Numbered from the stretch's first letter, positions 54,028-63,513 are shown. The stretch is 64,000 nucleotides of DNA from an uncultured delta proteobacterium (GCA_963766715.1 CAVYBH010000012.1:96001-160000); one strand, 5' to 3'. The notes: generated from the sequence alone by a model not told the origin. Numbers and translations: made by a program.

Positions 54028-54810
54028 GCGACGAGCTTCCCAGGCTGGACGGCCGCTGCGTGGCGGTCACCCGCGGAAAGGGCGGCGAGGACGGACTGTC
54101 CGCGCGCCTGCGGGAGCTGGGAGCGAAGGTGCTCGACGTCCCCGCCATCGCGGTGGCGCCGCCCGAGTCCTGGGCGGCGCTCGACGAGGCGCTCTCGGAC
54201 GCTGGCGCAGTTCGACTGGATCGCCTTCGCCAGCGCGACGGCCGTGGACGCCACGCTCTCCCGGATCTCCACGCTCGGCGTCTCCCCGCCGCCCATGGGG
54301 ACCCGGATCGCGGCGGTGGGGAAGGCCACCGCCGACCGGCTCCAGAACCGCCTGCGCGCCCCGGACCTGATCCCGGAGACGGCCACCGGCTGGGCGCTCG
54401 CGGCCGCCATGGCGCCGCACGTGCGGGGGCGGAAGGTGCTCGTGCCGCGCGCCGCCGACGGGCGCCCCGAGCTGATGGAGGGGCTGGTCGCCGCGGGGGC
54501 CGACGTGACGGCGGTGACCTGCTACCGCACGGTGCCGGTCTCGGCGCCCCAGGTCGAGCCGCTCGGCGAGGCCATCGTCGACGGCGCGGTCGACGTGGTG
54601 ACGTTCGCCTCCCCATCCGCGGTGCGGAGCATCGTGGCCGGGCTCGGGGCCCGCGCCGCGCTCCTCGACCGGTGCGCGCTCGCGGCCATCGGCCCCACCA
54701 CCGCGGCGGCGCTGCAGGAGGCCGGGCTTCGCGTCACGGTGATCCCGGCGGCCTCGACGGCGTCCGACCTGGCCGAGGCCATCGCCCGGCACGTCGGTCC
54801 GCGTCGCTGA
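54024..54810 (+). CDS. hemD: Uroporphyrinogen-III synthase (frameshift ~54200)
   Basis: [26 protein letters not shown]. Confidence 0.9.
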
Positions 54811-54825
54811 CGGAAGCGCCCGGCG

Positions 54826-56145
54826 CTACCCGGGCTTCTTGCGGCGCGCCTCGCGCCGGGCCCGCTTGGCGGCCAGGAAGCCGGTCCGGCGTCGCTCCTG
54901 GACGCGCTCCTCTGCCGTGGGCGGAGGCGGCCGTTCCGCCTTGGGCGCACGCTTCTCCGCGGCCCGGGCGCCGGGCACCAGCGTCCAGTGGAAGAGGCGC
55001 TTCACGACCAGGGTCGCGTAGGCGCCCGGCGGGAGGGTGAAGGCCAGGTTCACGCGCAGGCGACCCCGGTTGAGATCGTCCTTGCGCGCCTCGCCGATCA
55101 CCAGCTTCCCCGGGTGAACGAGCAGGGGGCGCTCCTCGGCGTCGAAGTGGATCTGCGGCGTGTCCTTCACCCGGAGGTCGGCCAGCGTCTGCCCCTCGCG
55201 CTCGAGCACCGACAGGGCCGCCTTCTCCACGCGGGGATCGGTGAAGCGGGAGCCCGGCGCGAGGAGCGGGAAGGTCTTCTCGCGCAGCAGGACGACGAGA
55301 TCCCGGTCGAGCTCGCGCGGGAAGAGGAGGGTCCCGGCCTGGTACCGGATGGAGACGAGCCGCGCCACGCCCACGACGTCGCGCAGGTACTGCTTCACTC
55401 CCTCGTTCCACAGCCAGCTCTGGTAGGCGAAGACCTGGAGCCCGCGCCAGCGCGGCTCGGTACGGAGGAAGGCGCCCAGGAAGTCCTGCGGATTCTTGCG
55501 CAGGTAGCGGACCACCATGTCGTACCGGTCGGCGCCGGGGTGCGGGTTCTTGCGGTCCCAGTGGCCCCAGTTCTCCTTCCAGAACTGCTTCACCTTCGCG
55601 TCGTTCGTCCGGTCGAGCTCGCTGGGCCGGGCCAGGAAGTTCTTCAGGGCGATCTCGTACTCGCCCCGCATCAGGTCCTTCACCAGGAAGCCCTGGCCGT
55701 GCTTGAGCGAGCCGAAGCGCTGGGAGTCGAAGTAGTCGACCACCCCGATCCGCCGGACCTCCGCCACCGAGGCGGGCAGCCGCGCGACGTCGTCCTCGGA
55801 GAGGTCCCGGACCGTCACGGCGAAGCGGTTGGAGGTGGTGTTGGCGGCCGAGAGGGGCTCGGCGGTGCGCCCGAGCAGCTTCAGGCGAAGGTCGGGCTCC
55901 TGCATCTCCACCTGGGTGCGGCGCACGGCGATGAGCTGCGTCGTCCGTCCCTGCTTGTCCTTCAGGCCGCAGTAGCTGATGTCCCCCGAAGGGATGCGCG
56001 CCGAGGCGCGGAGCCGCTCCACCGCCTCGAAGGTGGAGAGCTTCTGCTTGTCCATCAGGTAGACGAACCACTCGCCGCGCGGGTCCGGGTCGAATCGCCA
56101 GGACTCGGTGACCGAGAAATCCTCGGGAATCTGCTTGAGCTTCAT
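54826..56145 (-). CDS. truD: tRNA pseudouridine(13) synthase TruD
   Basis: [44 protein letters not shown]. Confidence 0.93.
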   Translation of the reverse strand: MKLKQIPEDFSVTESWRFDPDPRGEWFVYLMDKQKLSTFEAVERLRASARIPSGDISYCGLKDKQGRTTQLIAVRRTQVEMQEPDLRLKLLGRTAEPLSAANTTSNRFAVTVRDLSEDDVARLPASVAEVRRIGVVDYFDSQRFGSLKHGQGFLVKDLMRGEYEIALKNFLARPSELDRTNDAKVKQFWKENWGHWDRKNPHPGADRYDMVVRYLRKNPQDFLGAFLRTEPRWRGLQVFAYQSWLWNEGVKQYLRDVVGVARLVSIRYQAGTLLFPRELDRDLVVLLREKTFPLLAPGSRFTDPRVEKAALSVLEREGQTLADLRVKDTPQIHFDAEERPLLVHPGKLVIGEARKDDLNRGRLRVNLAFTLPPGAYATLVVKRLFHWTLVPGARAAEKRAPKAERPPPPTAEERVQERRRTGFLAAKRARREARRKKPG

Positions 56146-56164
56146 GGCGCCTCGGGCGGGCGCC

Positions 56165-56353
56165 TCACGCCGCTTGCCGGTAGAAGAGGACGATCGTCAG
56201 GCAGTGGAACTCGTTGTCGCTGGACTGGGCCACGACACGGTCGACGATCTCGAGGTCGGCATTCGCCTGGAGCCAGCGAGAGACCGACTCGCCCAGTTCC
56301 TCGCGTTCCCTGGCCTTGGTGGCCGAGAAGACCTTCACACCCGTGAACCGCAT
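56165..56353 (-). CDS. Small hypothetical protein (Cse60-like pattern)
   Basis: GAGGAG SD; MRFTGVKVFSATKAREREELGESVSRWL...SSDNEFHCLTIVLFY. Confidence 0.75.
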   Translation of the reverse strand: MRFTGVKVFSATKAREREELGESVSRWLQANADLEIVDRVVAQSSDNEFHCLTIVLFYRQAA

Positions 56354-56409
56354 CGCGCGCTCCTCGCTCACGCCGCCACCCGTCGCCAGCGCGTGTCCAA
56401 CTTCTCGAA

Positions 56410-56439
56410 ATTATTGCCTCAGCCTCTCCGGGGTGTCAA
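56410..56439 (-). promoter_or_regulatory. Sigma70-like promoter for the small ORF-truD unit
   Basis: TTGACA-N18-AATAAT in an AT-richer intergenic stretch. Confidence 0.6.
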
Positions 56440-56552
56440 ACCTCCGTCTCGTCCAAACCGTCGATATCGCGGCCAATTTCATCCGGTTGAACAGGGCGCG
56501 ACGCGCGTGCTATTGCACCGGCGCCCCCGCGAAACCCTTACGGAAAGCAAAA

Positions 56553-57332
56553 ATGCTCATCGACCTCCACGTGCACAGCCGGAACACCCCGGGTTGCTCG
56601 CTCGCCCCCCGCGACGTCCTGCGACGGGCCCGAGAGGCCGGCCTGGACGGGGTGGTGTTCACCGACATGAACGGCATGGACGGGCTCGCCGAGATCCGCG
56701 AGGCCGGTGCGGCGGAGGGAATCCTGGCGCTGTGCGGCGTGGAGATCGCCACCGATCGGGGTCACTACCTGGCCTACTTCCCCGACCCGGAGAAGGTCCC
56801 TGCGCTGCCCCAGATCTTCGGGACCCCGCCGTGGCCGGTTCGCGAGGTGCTCGCCAAGGTGACGGCCATGGGGGCGGCGGTGGTGGCCGCCCACCCGTAC
56901 GACCGGTCGATCGACCGTCCCGGCGGCGACGTGATCTTCACGCTCGACGGGCTCTCGGCGATCGAGGGGCTGGAGACGCGGCGCAAGGGGGCGGTGAACG
57001 ACCTCGCCGTCGAGGCCGCCGACCACATGGGACTCCCGTGCGTGGGCGGCTCCGGTGCGAAGGACGCAACCGACGTGATCGGCAAGGCGGCCACCCTGTT
57101 CCGCGACCCGGTGCGCAGCGAGGCCGATCTCGCCGCCCAGCTCAAGGCGGGAACCGTCTTCTGCGTGGCCATTGGCGTCACCCCAGGCCCTCCCGAGGCG
57201 CGCGCGCCCCGGGGCAGCGGGGATCGCCGCGGCGACCGGGGGGGCGACCGGGGGGGACGCCGGGACGGCGGGCGCGGGGGCAGGGACGGCCACGGGCGAG
57301 GCGACGGCCGGGGCCCTCGCCGGAGCCGCTAG
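56553..57332 (+). CDS. PHP-domain protein with an RG/RGG-rich C-terminal tail
   Basis: IDLHVHS, GLDGVVFTD, GVEI...GH, AAHPY; tail [22 protein letters not shown]. Confidence 0.88.
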   Translation: MLIDLHVHSRNTPGCSLAPRDVLRRAREAGLDGVVFTDMNGMDGLAEIREAGAAEGILALCGVEIATDRGHYLAYFPDPEKVPALPQIFGTPPWPVREVLAKVTAMGAAVVAAHPYDRSIDRPGGDVIFTLDGLSAIEGLETRRKGAVNDLAVEAADHMGLPCVGGSGAKDATDVIGKAATLFRDPVRSEADLAAQLKAGTVFCVAIGVTPGPPEARAPRGSGDRRGDRGGDRGGRRDGGRGGRDGHGRGDGRGPRRSR

Positions 57333-57345
57333 CTCGCGTCGATCC

Positions 57346-58059
57346 TCAGCGCCCCTTCGAGCCACCCTTGCCTGCGTCGATCCGGACGAGCCGGTCGTCC
57401 TGGAACGCGGCCCGCCGGGGCCCGCCGTTCCAGAACCACTCCTCCGCCTGGGACGGGCGGTCCATCACGATCTTGTCGGGGTATCCCCACGCCATGGCGA
57501 CGGCCTGCCGGCTCATGCCCTCGACGACCGCCTTCTCGCGGATGGCGTCGCGGAACGGCTCCGCCAGCGCCGCGTAGATCGGGGTCGGGTCGTCGGTGGT
57601 GAGGACGCGCCCGACCTCGGCCAGCACGTCCTCGGCGCTCTCCGATTCGGAGGAGAGGACGAGGATGGCCTGGCGCGGCTCCCCCTCCACCGAGGCGACG
57701 AGCCAGGGGTTGTAGCGGGGCGTGGTGAGGGGGCGGCTCCAGACCGTGGTGCCGGTGGGGAACTGGACCGTGTCGACGAAGACGGGCGTGCCCGGGGGCA
57801 AGACCCGCGTCGGCGGGGGCGGGAGGATGGCCTGGCCGCCCGGCGATTCCAGCAGCGAGAGCTCGGTGGTCACCCGGTCGGTGAGGAGCACCTTCGAGCC
57901 GTCGCCGAAGAAGGGCCCCACGTAGACCGCCACGCGGAGGTAGCGCGGCTGCCGGGAAAGCGACCGGACCACCGTCTCGCGCCCCGCCGGGGGGATCAGC
58001 GAGGGGGGGGCGCAGGAGGCGAGGAGGGCGAGCGCGATGGCGGCGACGAGACGGCGCAT
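57346..58059 (-). CDS. Lipoprotein with a C-terminal SmpA/OmlA-like motif
   Basis: Lipobox LASC; GMSRQAVAMAWGYPD..EEW. Confidence 0.75.
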   Translation of the reverse strand: MRRLVAAIALALLASCAPPSLIPPAGRETVVRSLSRQPRYLRVAVYVGPFFGDGSKVLLTDRVTTELSLLESPGGQAILPPPPTRVLPPGTPVFVDTVQFPTGTTVWSRPLTTPRYNPWLVASVEGEPRQAILVLSSESESAEDVLAEVGRVLTTDDPTPIYAALAEPFRDAIREKAVVEGMSRQAVAMAWGYPDKIVMDRPSQAEEWFWNGGPRRAAFQDDRLVRIDAGKGGSKGR

Positions 58060-58106
58060 CCGGGTTCTCTACCGCATCGGGTCCGATCCGGCACTACACT
58101 CCTCTC

Positions 58107-59888
58107 ATGACCTCCGTCTCGGCCAACGCCAGGCAGGTCCTGGACCGGCGCTACCTCCTGAGGGACGACGAGGGCAAGCTGGTCGAGACTCCGGAGCAGA
58201 TGTTCCGGCGGGTGGCGCGGGCGGTGGCGCAGGCCGAGCCCCCCGCCGAGCGGGACGGCTGGGCCGAGCGCTTCGAGACGCGGATGGCCGCGCTCGAGTT
58301 CCTGCCCAACTCCCCCACGCTCATGAACGCGGGGCGGCCGCACGGCCAGCTCGCCGCCTGCTTCGTGCTCCCGGTGGCCGACGACCTCGAGTCGATCTTC
58401 GACACCCTGAAGTGGGCGGCGCTCATCCACCAGTCGGGCGGAGGCACGGGCTTCTCCTTCTCCCGGCTCCGGCCGCGCGGAGACCTCGTCCGGACGACCC
58501 ATGGCGTGGCCAGCGGGCCGGTCTCCTTCATCCGCGTCTACGACGCCGCCACCGAGACCATCAAGCAGGGGGGCGTGCGCCGCGGCGCCAACATGGCCGT
58601 GCTGCGGGTCGACCATCCGGACGTCCTCGATTTCGTGGACGCGAAGCGAGGCCCCGGCCTCGGCAACTTCAACGTGTCGGTGGGGATCACCGACGAGTTC
58701 ATGGAGGCGGTGCAGGCGGGCCGGAGCTTCGGGCTGCGCCACCCCCGCACCGGGAAGGTCGTCCGGGAGGTGCCGGCGCGCGATCTCTTCCGGCGCATCG
58801 CCGAGGACGCCTGGGCGACGGGGGAGCCCGGCCTGGTCTTCCTCGATCGCGTGAACGCGGCGAGCCCCACGCCCGACCTGGGCCCCATCGAGAGCGTGAA
58901 CCCCTGCGGCGAGCAACCGCTCCTTCCGTTCGAGGCGTGCACGCTCGGGTCGGTGAACCTCGCCCTCATGATCCAGGGCGGGCAGGTGGACTGGGAGCGG
59001 CTCGGCGGGGCGGTGCGGGACGGAGTCCGCTTCCTCGACGACGTGCTCACCGTGAACGTCTGGCCGCTGCCCCAGGTCGCGGAGGTGTCGCGCCGGAACC
59101 GGAAGATCGGGCTCGGCGTCATGGGCTGGGCCGACCTGCTCGTGCGCCTGGGCATCCCGTACGACGAGCCGCGGGCACTCGAGGTCGCGGGCGAGGTCAT
59201 GTCCTTCGTCCAGCGGGAAGCGCGCGAGGAGAGCGTGCGGCTGGCCACCCTGCGCGGACCGTTCCCGGGGTGGGGAACGAGCGCCCCGGCCGCCCGGGGG
59301 GAGCCACGCCGCCGCAACGCCACGGTCACCACCATCGCCCCTACCGGTACCCTCTCCGTCATCGCGGGCTGCTCGTCGGGGATCGAGCCCCTCTTCGCGG
59401 TGGCCTACGTCCGCCACGCGCTCGACGGGGTGGATCTTCCGGAGGAGCACCCGCTGCTCGCCGAGCGTCTCCACGGCCCCGAGGGTGCTGCGGCGCTCGC
59501 GGCCGTCCGGGCCGCCGGCCGGGCCCGGGGCGTCGCGGGGGTCCCGCCGGACGTCCAGCGTCTCTTCGCCACCGCGCACGACGTCTCGCCGGAAGCCCAC
59601 GTGCGGATGCAGGCGGCCTTCCAGCGCCACGTCGACAACGGCGTGTCGAAGACCATCAACCTGCCGGCCCACGCGCCGGTCGAGGCCGTCGAGCACGCCT
59701 TCCGGCTCGCCCACGAGCTGGGACTGAAGGGAATCACCGTCTACCGCGACGGATCGAGGGAAGGGCAGGTGCTCACGACCGGGCTCCCGGGAACGGAATG
59801 CCCGGCCTGCGGCGCGACGATGGCGCGGAGCGGCGGCTGCATGACCTGCCGGTCGTGCGGCTACGGGACCTGCGAGACGACCTCCTGA
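58107..59888 (+). CDS. nrdJ: Adenosylcobalamin-dependent (class II) ribonucleotide reductase
   Basis: FLPNSPTLMNAG, LAACFV, GGGTG, RRGANM, NPCGEQ, ACTLGS, TIAPTG, SKTIN, VYRDGSR and C-terminal Cys cluster. Confidence 0.93.
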   Translation: MTSVSANARQVLDRRYLLRDDEGKLVETPEQMFRRVARAVAQAEPPAERDGWAERFETRMAALEFLPNSPTLMNAGRPHGQLAACFVLPVADDLESIFDTLKWAALIHQSGGGTGFSFSRLRPRGDLVRTTHGVASGPVSFIRVYDAATETIKQGGVRRGANMAVLRVDHPDVLDFVDAKRGPGLGNFNVSVGITDEFMEAVQAGRSFGLRHPRTGKVVREVPARDLFRRIAEDAWATGEPGLVFLDRVNAASPTPDLGPIESVNPCGEQPLLPFEACTLGSVNLALMIQGGQVDWERLGGAVRDGVRFLDDVLTVNVWPLPQVAEVSRRNRKIGLGVMGWADLLVRLGIPYDEPRALEVAGEVMSFVQREAREESVRLATLRGPFPGWGTSAPAARGEPRRRNATVTTIAPTGTLSVIAGCSSGIEPLFAVAYVRHALDGVDLPEEHPLLAERLHGPEGAAALAAVRAAGRARGVAGVPPDVQRLFATAHDVSPEAHVRMQAAFQRHVDNGVSKTINLPAHAPVEAVEHAFRLAHELGLKGITVYRDGSREGQVLTTGLPGTECPACGATMARSGGCMTCRSCGYGTCETTS

Positions 59889-59902
59889 GGCGGCCGTCCT
59901 GG

Positions 59903-60745
59903 CTAGTCTTCCTCTTCCTTCGCCTCGAGGAACCGGCGGCCGAGCTCGTGGGAGCGCTGGGTGGCGGCCTCGACCGCGTTCATGAGCGTGGTGCGCAGGC
60001 CCCCTGCCTCCAGGGTATGGAGGCCGGCGATGGCGGTGCCGCCCGGGCTCGTCACCTGGTCCTTCAGCCGGCCCGGGTGCTCGCCGGTCTCGAGGAGGAG
60101 CTGCGCCGAGCCGAGGACGGTCTGGGCGGCCAGGTCCTGCGAGTTGCGCCGGTCGAGCCCCATCTTCACGCCGGCGTCGGAGAGCGCCTCGATGATGAGG
60201 AAGACGTAGGCGGGGCCCGATCCGGAGAGACCGGTCACGGCGTCGAGGAGCACCTCGTCCACGACGACGGTCTTCCCCACCGCGTCGAAGAGGGACTTCG
60301 CCTGGTCCATGTCCTCCTGCGTGGCGTGCTCGCCGGCGGAGATGGCCGTGGCGCCCGCGCCCACCAGGGCCGGGGTGTTGGGCATGGTGCGGATGATCCG
60401 GACGCCGTGGCCCACGCGTCGCTCCACGGCGGCGAGCGGCACGCCGGCGGCGATGGAGATGACGAGCTTCTTGCCGTCGAGGGCCGGGGAGATCTCGGTG
60501 AGCAGCTTGTTCATCACCTGCGGCTTCACCGAGAGCACGATGATGGAGGCCTGCTCGGCCGCGGAGCGGTTGTCGGTGGTGGTGCGGACCCCGTAGCGTT
60601 TCTCCAGCTCGGCGAGCCGGTCCTTGCGGCGGTCGGTGAGCAGGATCTCGGCGGGCGAGGCGACGCCGGCGCGGAGCATTCCCTTCACGAGGGCCTCGGC
60701 CATGTTTCCGGCACCGAGGAAGGCGATGGTCTTTCCGAGTGGCAT
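59903..60745 (-). CDS. proC: Pyrroline-5-carboxylate reductase
   Basis: FLGAGNMA, VKPQ, SIAAG, RTMPNTP, SGSGPAY, VTSPGGT. Confidence 0.97.
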   Translation of the reverse strand: MPLGKTIAFLGAGNMAEALVKGMLRAGVASPAEILLTDRRKDRLAELEKRYGVRTTTDNRSAAEQASIIVLSVKPQVMNKLLTEISPALDGKKLVISIAAGVPLAAVERRVGHGVRIIRTMPNTPALVGAGATAISAGEHATQEDMDQAKSLFDAVGKTVVVDEVLLDAVTGLSGSGPAYVFLIIEALSDAGVKMGLDRRNSQDLAAQTVLGSAQLLLETGEHPGRLKDQVTSPGGTAIAGLHTLEAGGLRTTLMNAVEAATQRSHELGRRFLEAKEEED

Positions 60746-60755
60746 GGAGGCCACT

Positions 60756-62234
60756 CTAGCCGATGATGAAGTCCTCGCGCACGGCGGTTCCTCGGTCGAA
60801 GCGGTCCAGGGTGAACCGGTCGAAGATCTCGTCCTTCTCCCGCCCGGTCATCCAGTCCGCCATGAGCTCCGCCACGGCCGGGGCCATCATGAAGCCGTGG
60901 CCGACGAAGCCGGAGAGCTGGAGGAAGTTGGCCGGGCCGGCAGCGCCCAGGATGGGGTTGTTGTCGGGAGTGACGTCGTAGTTGCCTGCCCACTGGCGCA
61001 TGACCTGGAGCCCGGCCGTGGATGGGATGAAGTCGGTCAGGGCGCGCGAGAAGCGGGCCAGGAAGCGGAGCGACGCGCCGTGGGAGATGCCGGCCGGCTC
61101 GGCGGGATCGCCCATGCCCCCCACGATCTCCCCGCGCTGCGACTGGGAGAAGTAGAGCCCGGTGCCGAGCGCCGAGACGAGCGGCCCGAGCCAGGGCTTG
61201 AGCGGCGTGCTCACCAGGATCTCGTGGCGGGTGGGGCGGTTCGGCAGGGAGACCCCGGCCAGCCGGGCGACCTCCGGGCTCCAGGCGCCGCAGGCGTTCA
61301 CCACCGTGTCGCAGCGGATCCGGCCGCCCGCCGTCTCCACGGAGCGCACCAGTCCGCCCGAGACCTCGAGGCCGGTGACGGGCGAGAAGGTGCGGATGGT
61401 GGCGCCGTTCCGCTCCGCGCCCGCCGCGTAGCCCCAGAGGAAGGGCCAGGGGAAGACCACGCCGTCGTCCGGATTCCAGGACGCGGCCACGAACCTCGAC
61501 CGGTCGAGCTCCGGGACCACCTCGCAGGCCTCGCCGGGCGTGAGGATGCGGGTGCGCATGCCCTGGCCCCGCTGGACGGCGAGGTTCCGCTCGAGGCGCT
61601 TCACCTGGACGTCGTCGGGCGCCAGGAAGAGGTAGCCGCCGCGACGGAACCAGACGTTCACGCCGGTCTGGCCGGCGAAGCGGGCGAAGAGCTGGAGCGA
61701 GCGGAGCGCGAGCCGGACCATGGTCGGCGTGGACCACTGGGCCCGCACCCCGCCGCCGTTGCGTCCGGAGGCACCCGAGTTGAGGTAGCTCCGCTCGAGC
61801 ACCACCACGTCGCGGACGCCGCGCTGGCCGAGCTCCCAGGCGAGGGACAGGCCGAGGATCCCGCCGCCCACGATGACCACGTCGGCGCGCTCCGGGAGCG
61901 GGCCGTTGGGCGCGGGTGGGAGCGGCCGGGGCTCGACCGGAAGGGGAACGCCCTCGTCGAGCGGCAACGTGGCGGGATCGAGCGCGGCGAGCGTCCCGAA
62001 GGTCACCGGCTGGACCGGGGGGCGGGAGGTGAAAGGCGAGATCTCGGCCGGCGTGGCCCCCAGCCGGAGAAGCTCCTGCACGACGGCGTTCAGGCAGCTC
62101 TTCCCCTGGCAGGGGCCGGTGCCGAACCCGGTGTAGCGCTTCACCGACTCGAGGTCGCGGTGGCCGCGCGCGAAGGCCCGCCGGACCTCGGAGAGGGTCA
62201 CGTCCTCGCAGGCGCAGACGACGGTCTTACCCAC
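60756..62234 (-). CDS. DAO-family FAD oxidoreductase (sarcosine oxidase beta / proline dehydrogenase beta-like) with N-terminal BFD-like [2Fe-2S] domain
   Basis: CACEDVT...KRYTGFGTGPCQGKSC...TSRPP, then IVGGGILG, GASGRNGGGVR, TPDNNPILG, GHGFMMAP. Confidence 0.88.
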   Translation of the reverse strand: MGKTVVCACEDVTLSEVRRAFARGHRDLESVKRYTGFGTGPCQGKSCLNAVVQELLRLGATPAEISPFTSRPPVQPVTFGTLAALDPATLPLDEGVPLPVEPRPLPPAPNGPLPERADVVIVGGGILGLSLAWELGQRGVRDVVVLERSYLNSGASGRNGGGVRAQWSTPTMVRLALRSLQLFARFAGQTGVNVWFRRGGYLFLAPDDVQVKRLERNLAVQRGQGMRTRILTPGEACEVVPELDRSRFVAASWNPDDGVVFPWPFLWGYAAGAERNGATIRTFSPVTGLEVSGGLVRSVETAGGRIRCDTVVNACGAWSPEVARLAGVSLPNRPTRHEILVSTPLKPWLGPLVSALGTGLYFSQSQRGEIVGGMGDPAEPAGISHGASLRFLARFSRALTDFIPSTAGLQVMRQWAGNYDVTPDNNPILGAAGPANFLQLSGFVGHGFMMAPAVAELMADWMTGREKDEIFDRFTLDRFDRGTAVREDFIIG

Positions 62235-63513
62235 GGGCGGCCTCCCCGGCGCGACGTCCCCAGGCCGCTGCCTCGGCGGCGGTGACCGGCCGGGCCACCT
62301 CGCCTGCCGCGAAGAGCCCGGGCCGCGAGGTGGTCCCGCTTGCCGAGACGCGCGGTGCGAAGGCGGCCAGCGCAGGGTCCCAGTCCACGCCCACGCCGAG
62401 CGCGCGAAGCAGGTCGGGCGCCGGGTCGGGGGGCGCTCCCTGGGCGACCGTGTCGCACCGCAACTCGATCCCGTCGGCGAGACGGAGCGATGCCACGCGG
62501 CGGCGTCCGGTGGCGAGCAGCGGAGGCGAGCCCAGGTGGACGGCGTCCATCCCTGCCGCCCGGAACCGCTCCGCGATGGCGGCGCCCTCCGGGCCTCCTT
62601 CCAGGACGGCGAGGCTGCGCCCCGGGACGACGCCGTTCTCGGCGAGCGCGAGCGCGAGGGCCCGGCCGGAGAAGACCCCGGGGAGGTCGGCCCCGTCGAA
62701 GACGGGCGGCCGGGCGTTGCCGCCGGTGCAGACCAGGATCCGGGCGGAGCGGACGAGCCGGGTGCGCGCCGGGGCCCGGGAGACGAGCAGGCAGACCGGT
62801 TCCCCGCCGTCGTGCCAGAGCCCCACCGCGGTCGTTCCCAGCGCCACCTCGCCGCCTGCGGCCACCACGGTCGCGGAGACCTCGGCCGGCCAGGCGGCCG
62901 GTCCGAAGTCAGGCTCGAGCCCGGCGCGAAGCCGCCCGCCGGGAAGGGCATCTCGCTCGACGAGCAGGATCCGGAGCCCCGCTCGCGCGAGCTCGTCGGC
63001 GGCGCCCAGGCCCGCCGGACCCGCTCCGAGCACGAGCGCGTCGACCCGCTCGCCCGTCGGCGCCGGTCCCCGGGAGGCGACGCGGTCGGGCATCCGCCCG
63101 AAACCGGCCAGCCGGCGGGTGAAGGCCACGAGCGCCCGGTTGAGCGGGAGCGGCCGGGTCAGCATGTGGTGCACGTCGAGGCCGTGGGGCGTGAGTGGGT
63201 CGATGACGCCGAGCACGTCGCGCTCCGCGTCCGGCCAGGCGTTCTGGGTCTCGACGACCTGCCCGTCGCGACACGGGGTCCGGCAGGCGCGCTGGTTGGG
63301 CTCGCCGTCGACCCGGACCAGGCACGACCCGCAGCTGCCGGAGAGGCAGAAGGGACCGCGAGGGCGGTGGTACTTGGCGCTGCGCGAGAGGAGCGGGCGC
63401 CCGGCCGCGAGGAGCGCCGATGCAAGGCTCTCGCCCGACCGGGCCGCCACGGCGAGGCCGTCGAAGGTGAGGGTGCAGTCGGTCGCGAAGCGGGCGTCTG
63501 GAAGTCGGGACAT
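62227..63513 (-). CDS. [2Fe-2S]/nucleotide-binding oxidoreductase (sarcosine oxidase alpha / proline dehydrogenase alpha-like)
   Basis: GESLASAL, SRSAKYHRPRG.FC..GSC.SC...AC, GAGPAGL, F.G.DLPGV, FAAGE. Confidence 0.88.
   Translation of the reverse strand: MSRLPDARFATDCTLTFDGLAVAARSGESLASALLAAGRPLLSRSAKYHRPRGPFCLSGSCGSCLVRVDGEPNQRACRTPCRDGQVVETQNAWPDAERDVLGVIDPLTPHGLDVHHMLTRPLPLNRALVAFTRRLAGFGRMPDRVASRGPAPTGERVDALVLGAGPAGLGAADELARAGLRILLVERDALPGGRLRAGLEPDFGPAAWPAEVSATVVAAGGEVALGTTAVGLWHDGGEPVCLLVSRAPARTRLVRSARILVCTGGNARPPVFDGADLPGVFSGRALALALAENGVVPGRSLAVLEGGPEGAAIAERFRAAGMDAVHLGSPPLLATGRRRVASLRLADGIELRCDTVAQGAPPDPAPDLLRALGVGVDWDPALAAFAPRVSASGTTSRPGLFAAGEVARPVTAAEAAAWGRRAGEAARG

Noticed and set aside
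50871..55040. Giant HemA-HemC-HemD fusion ORF
   Set aside because: Produced by frameshifts at the gene ends; each gene has its own start overlapping the previous stop (ATGA/GTGA)
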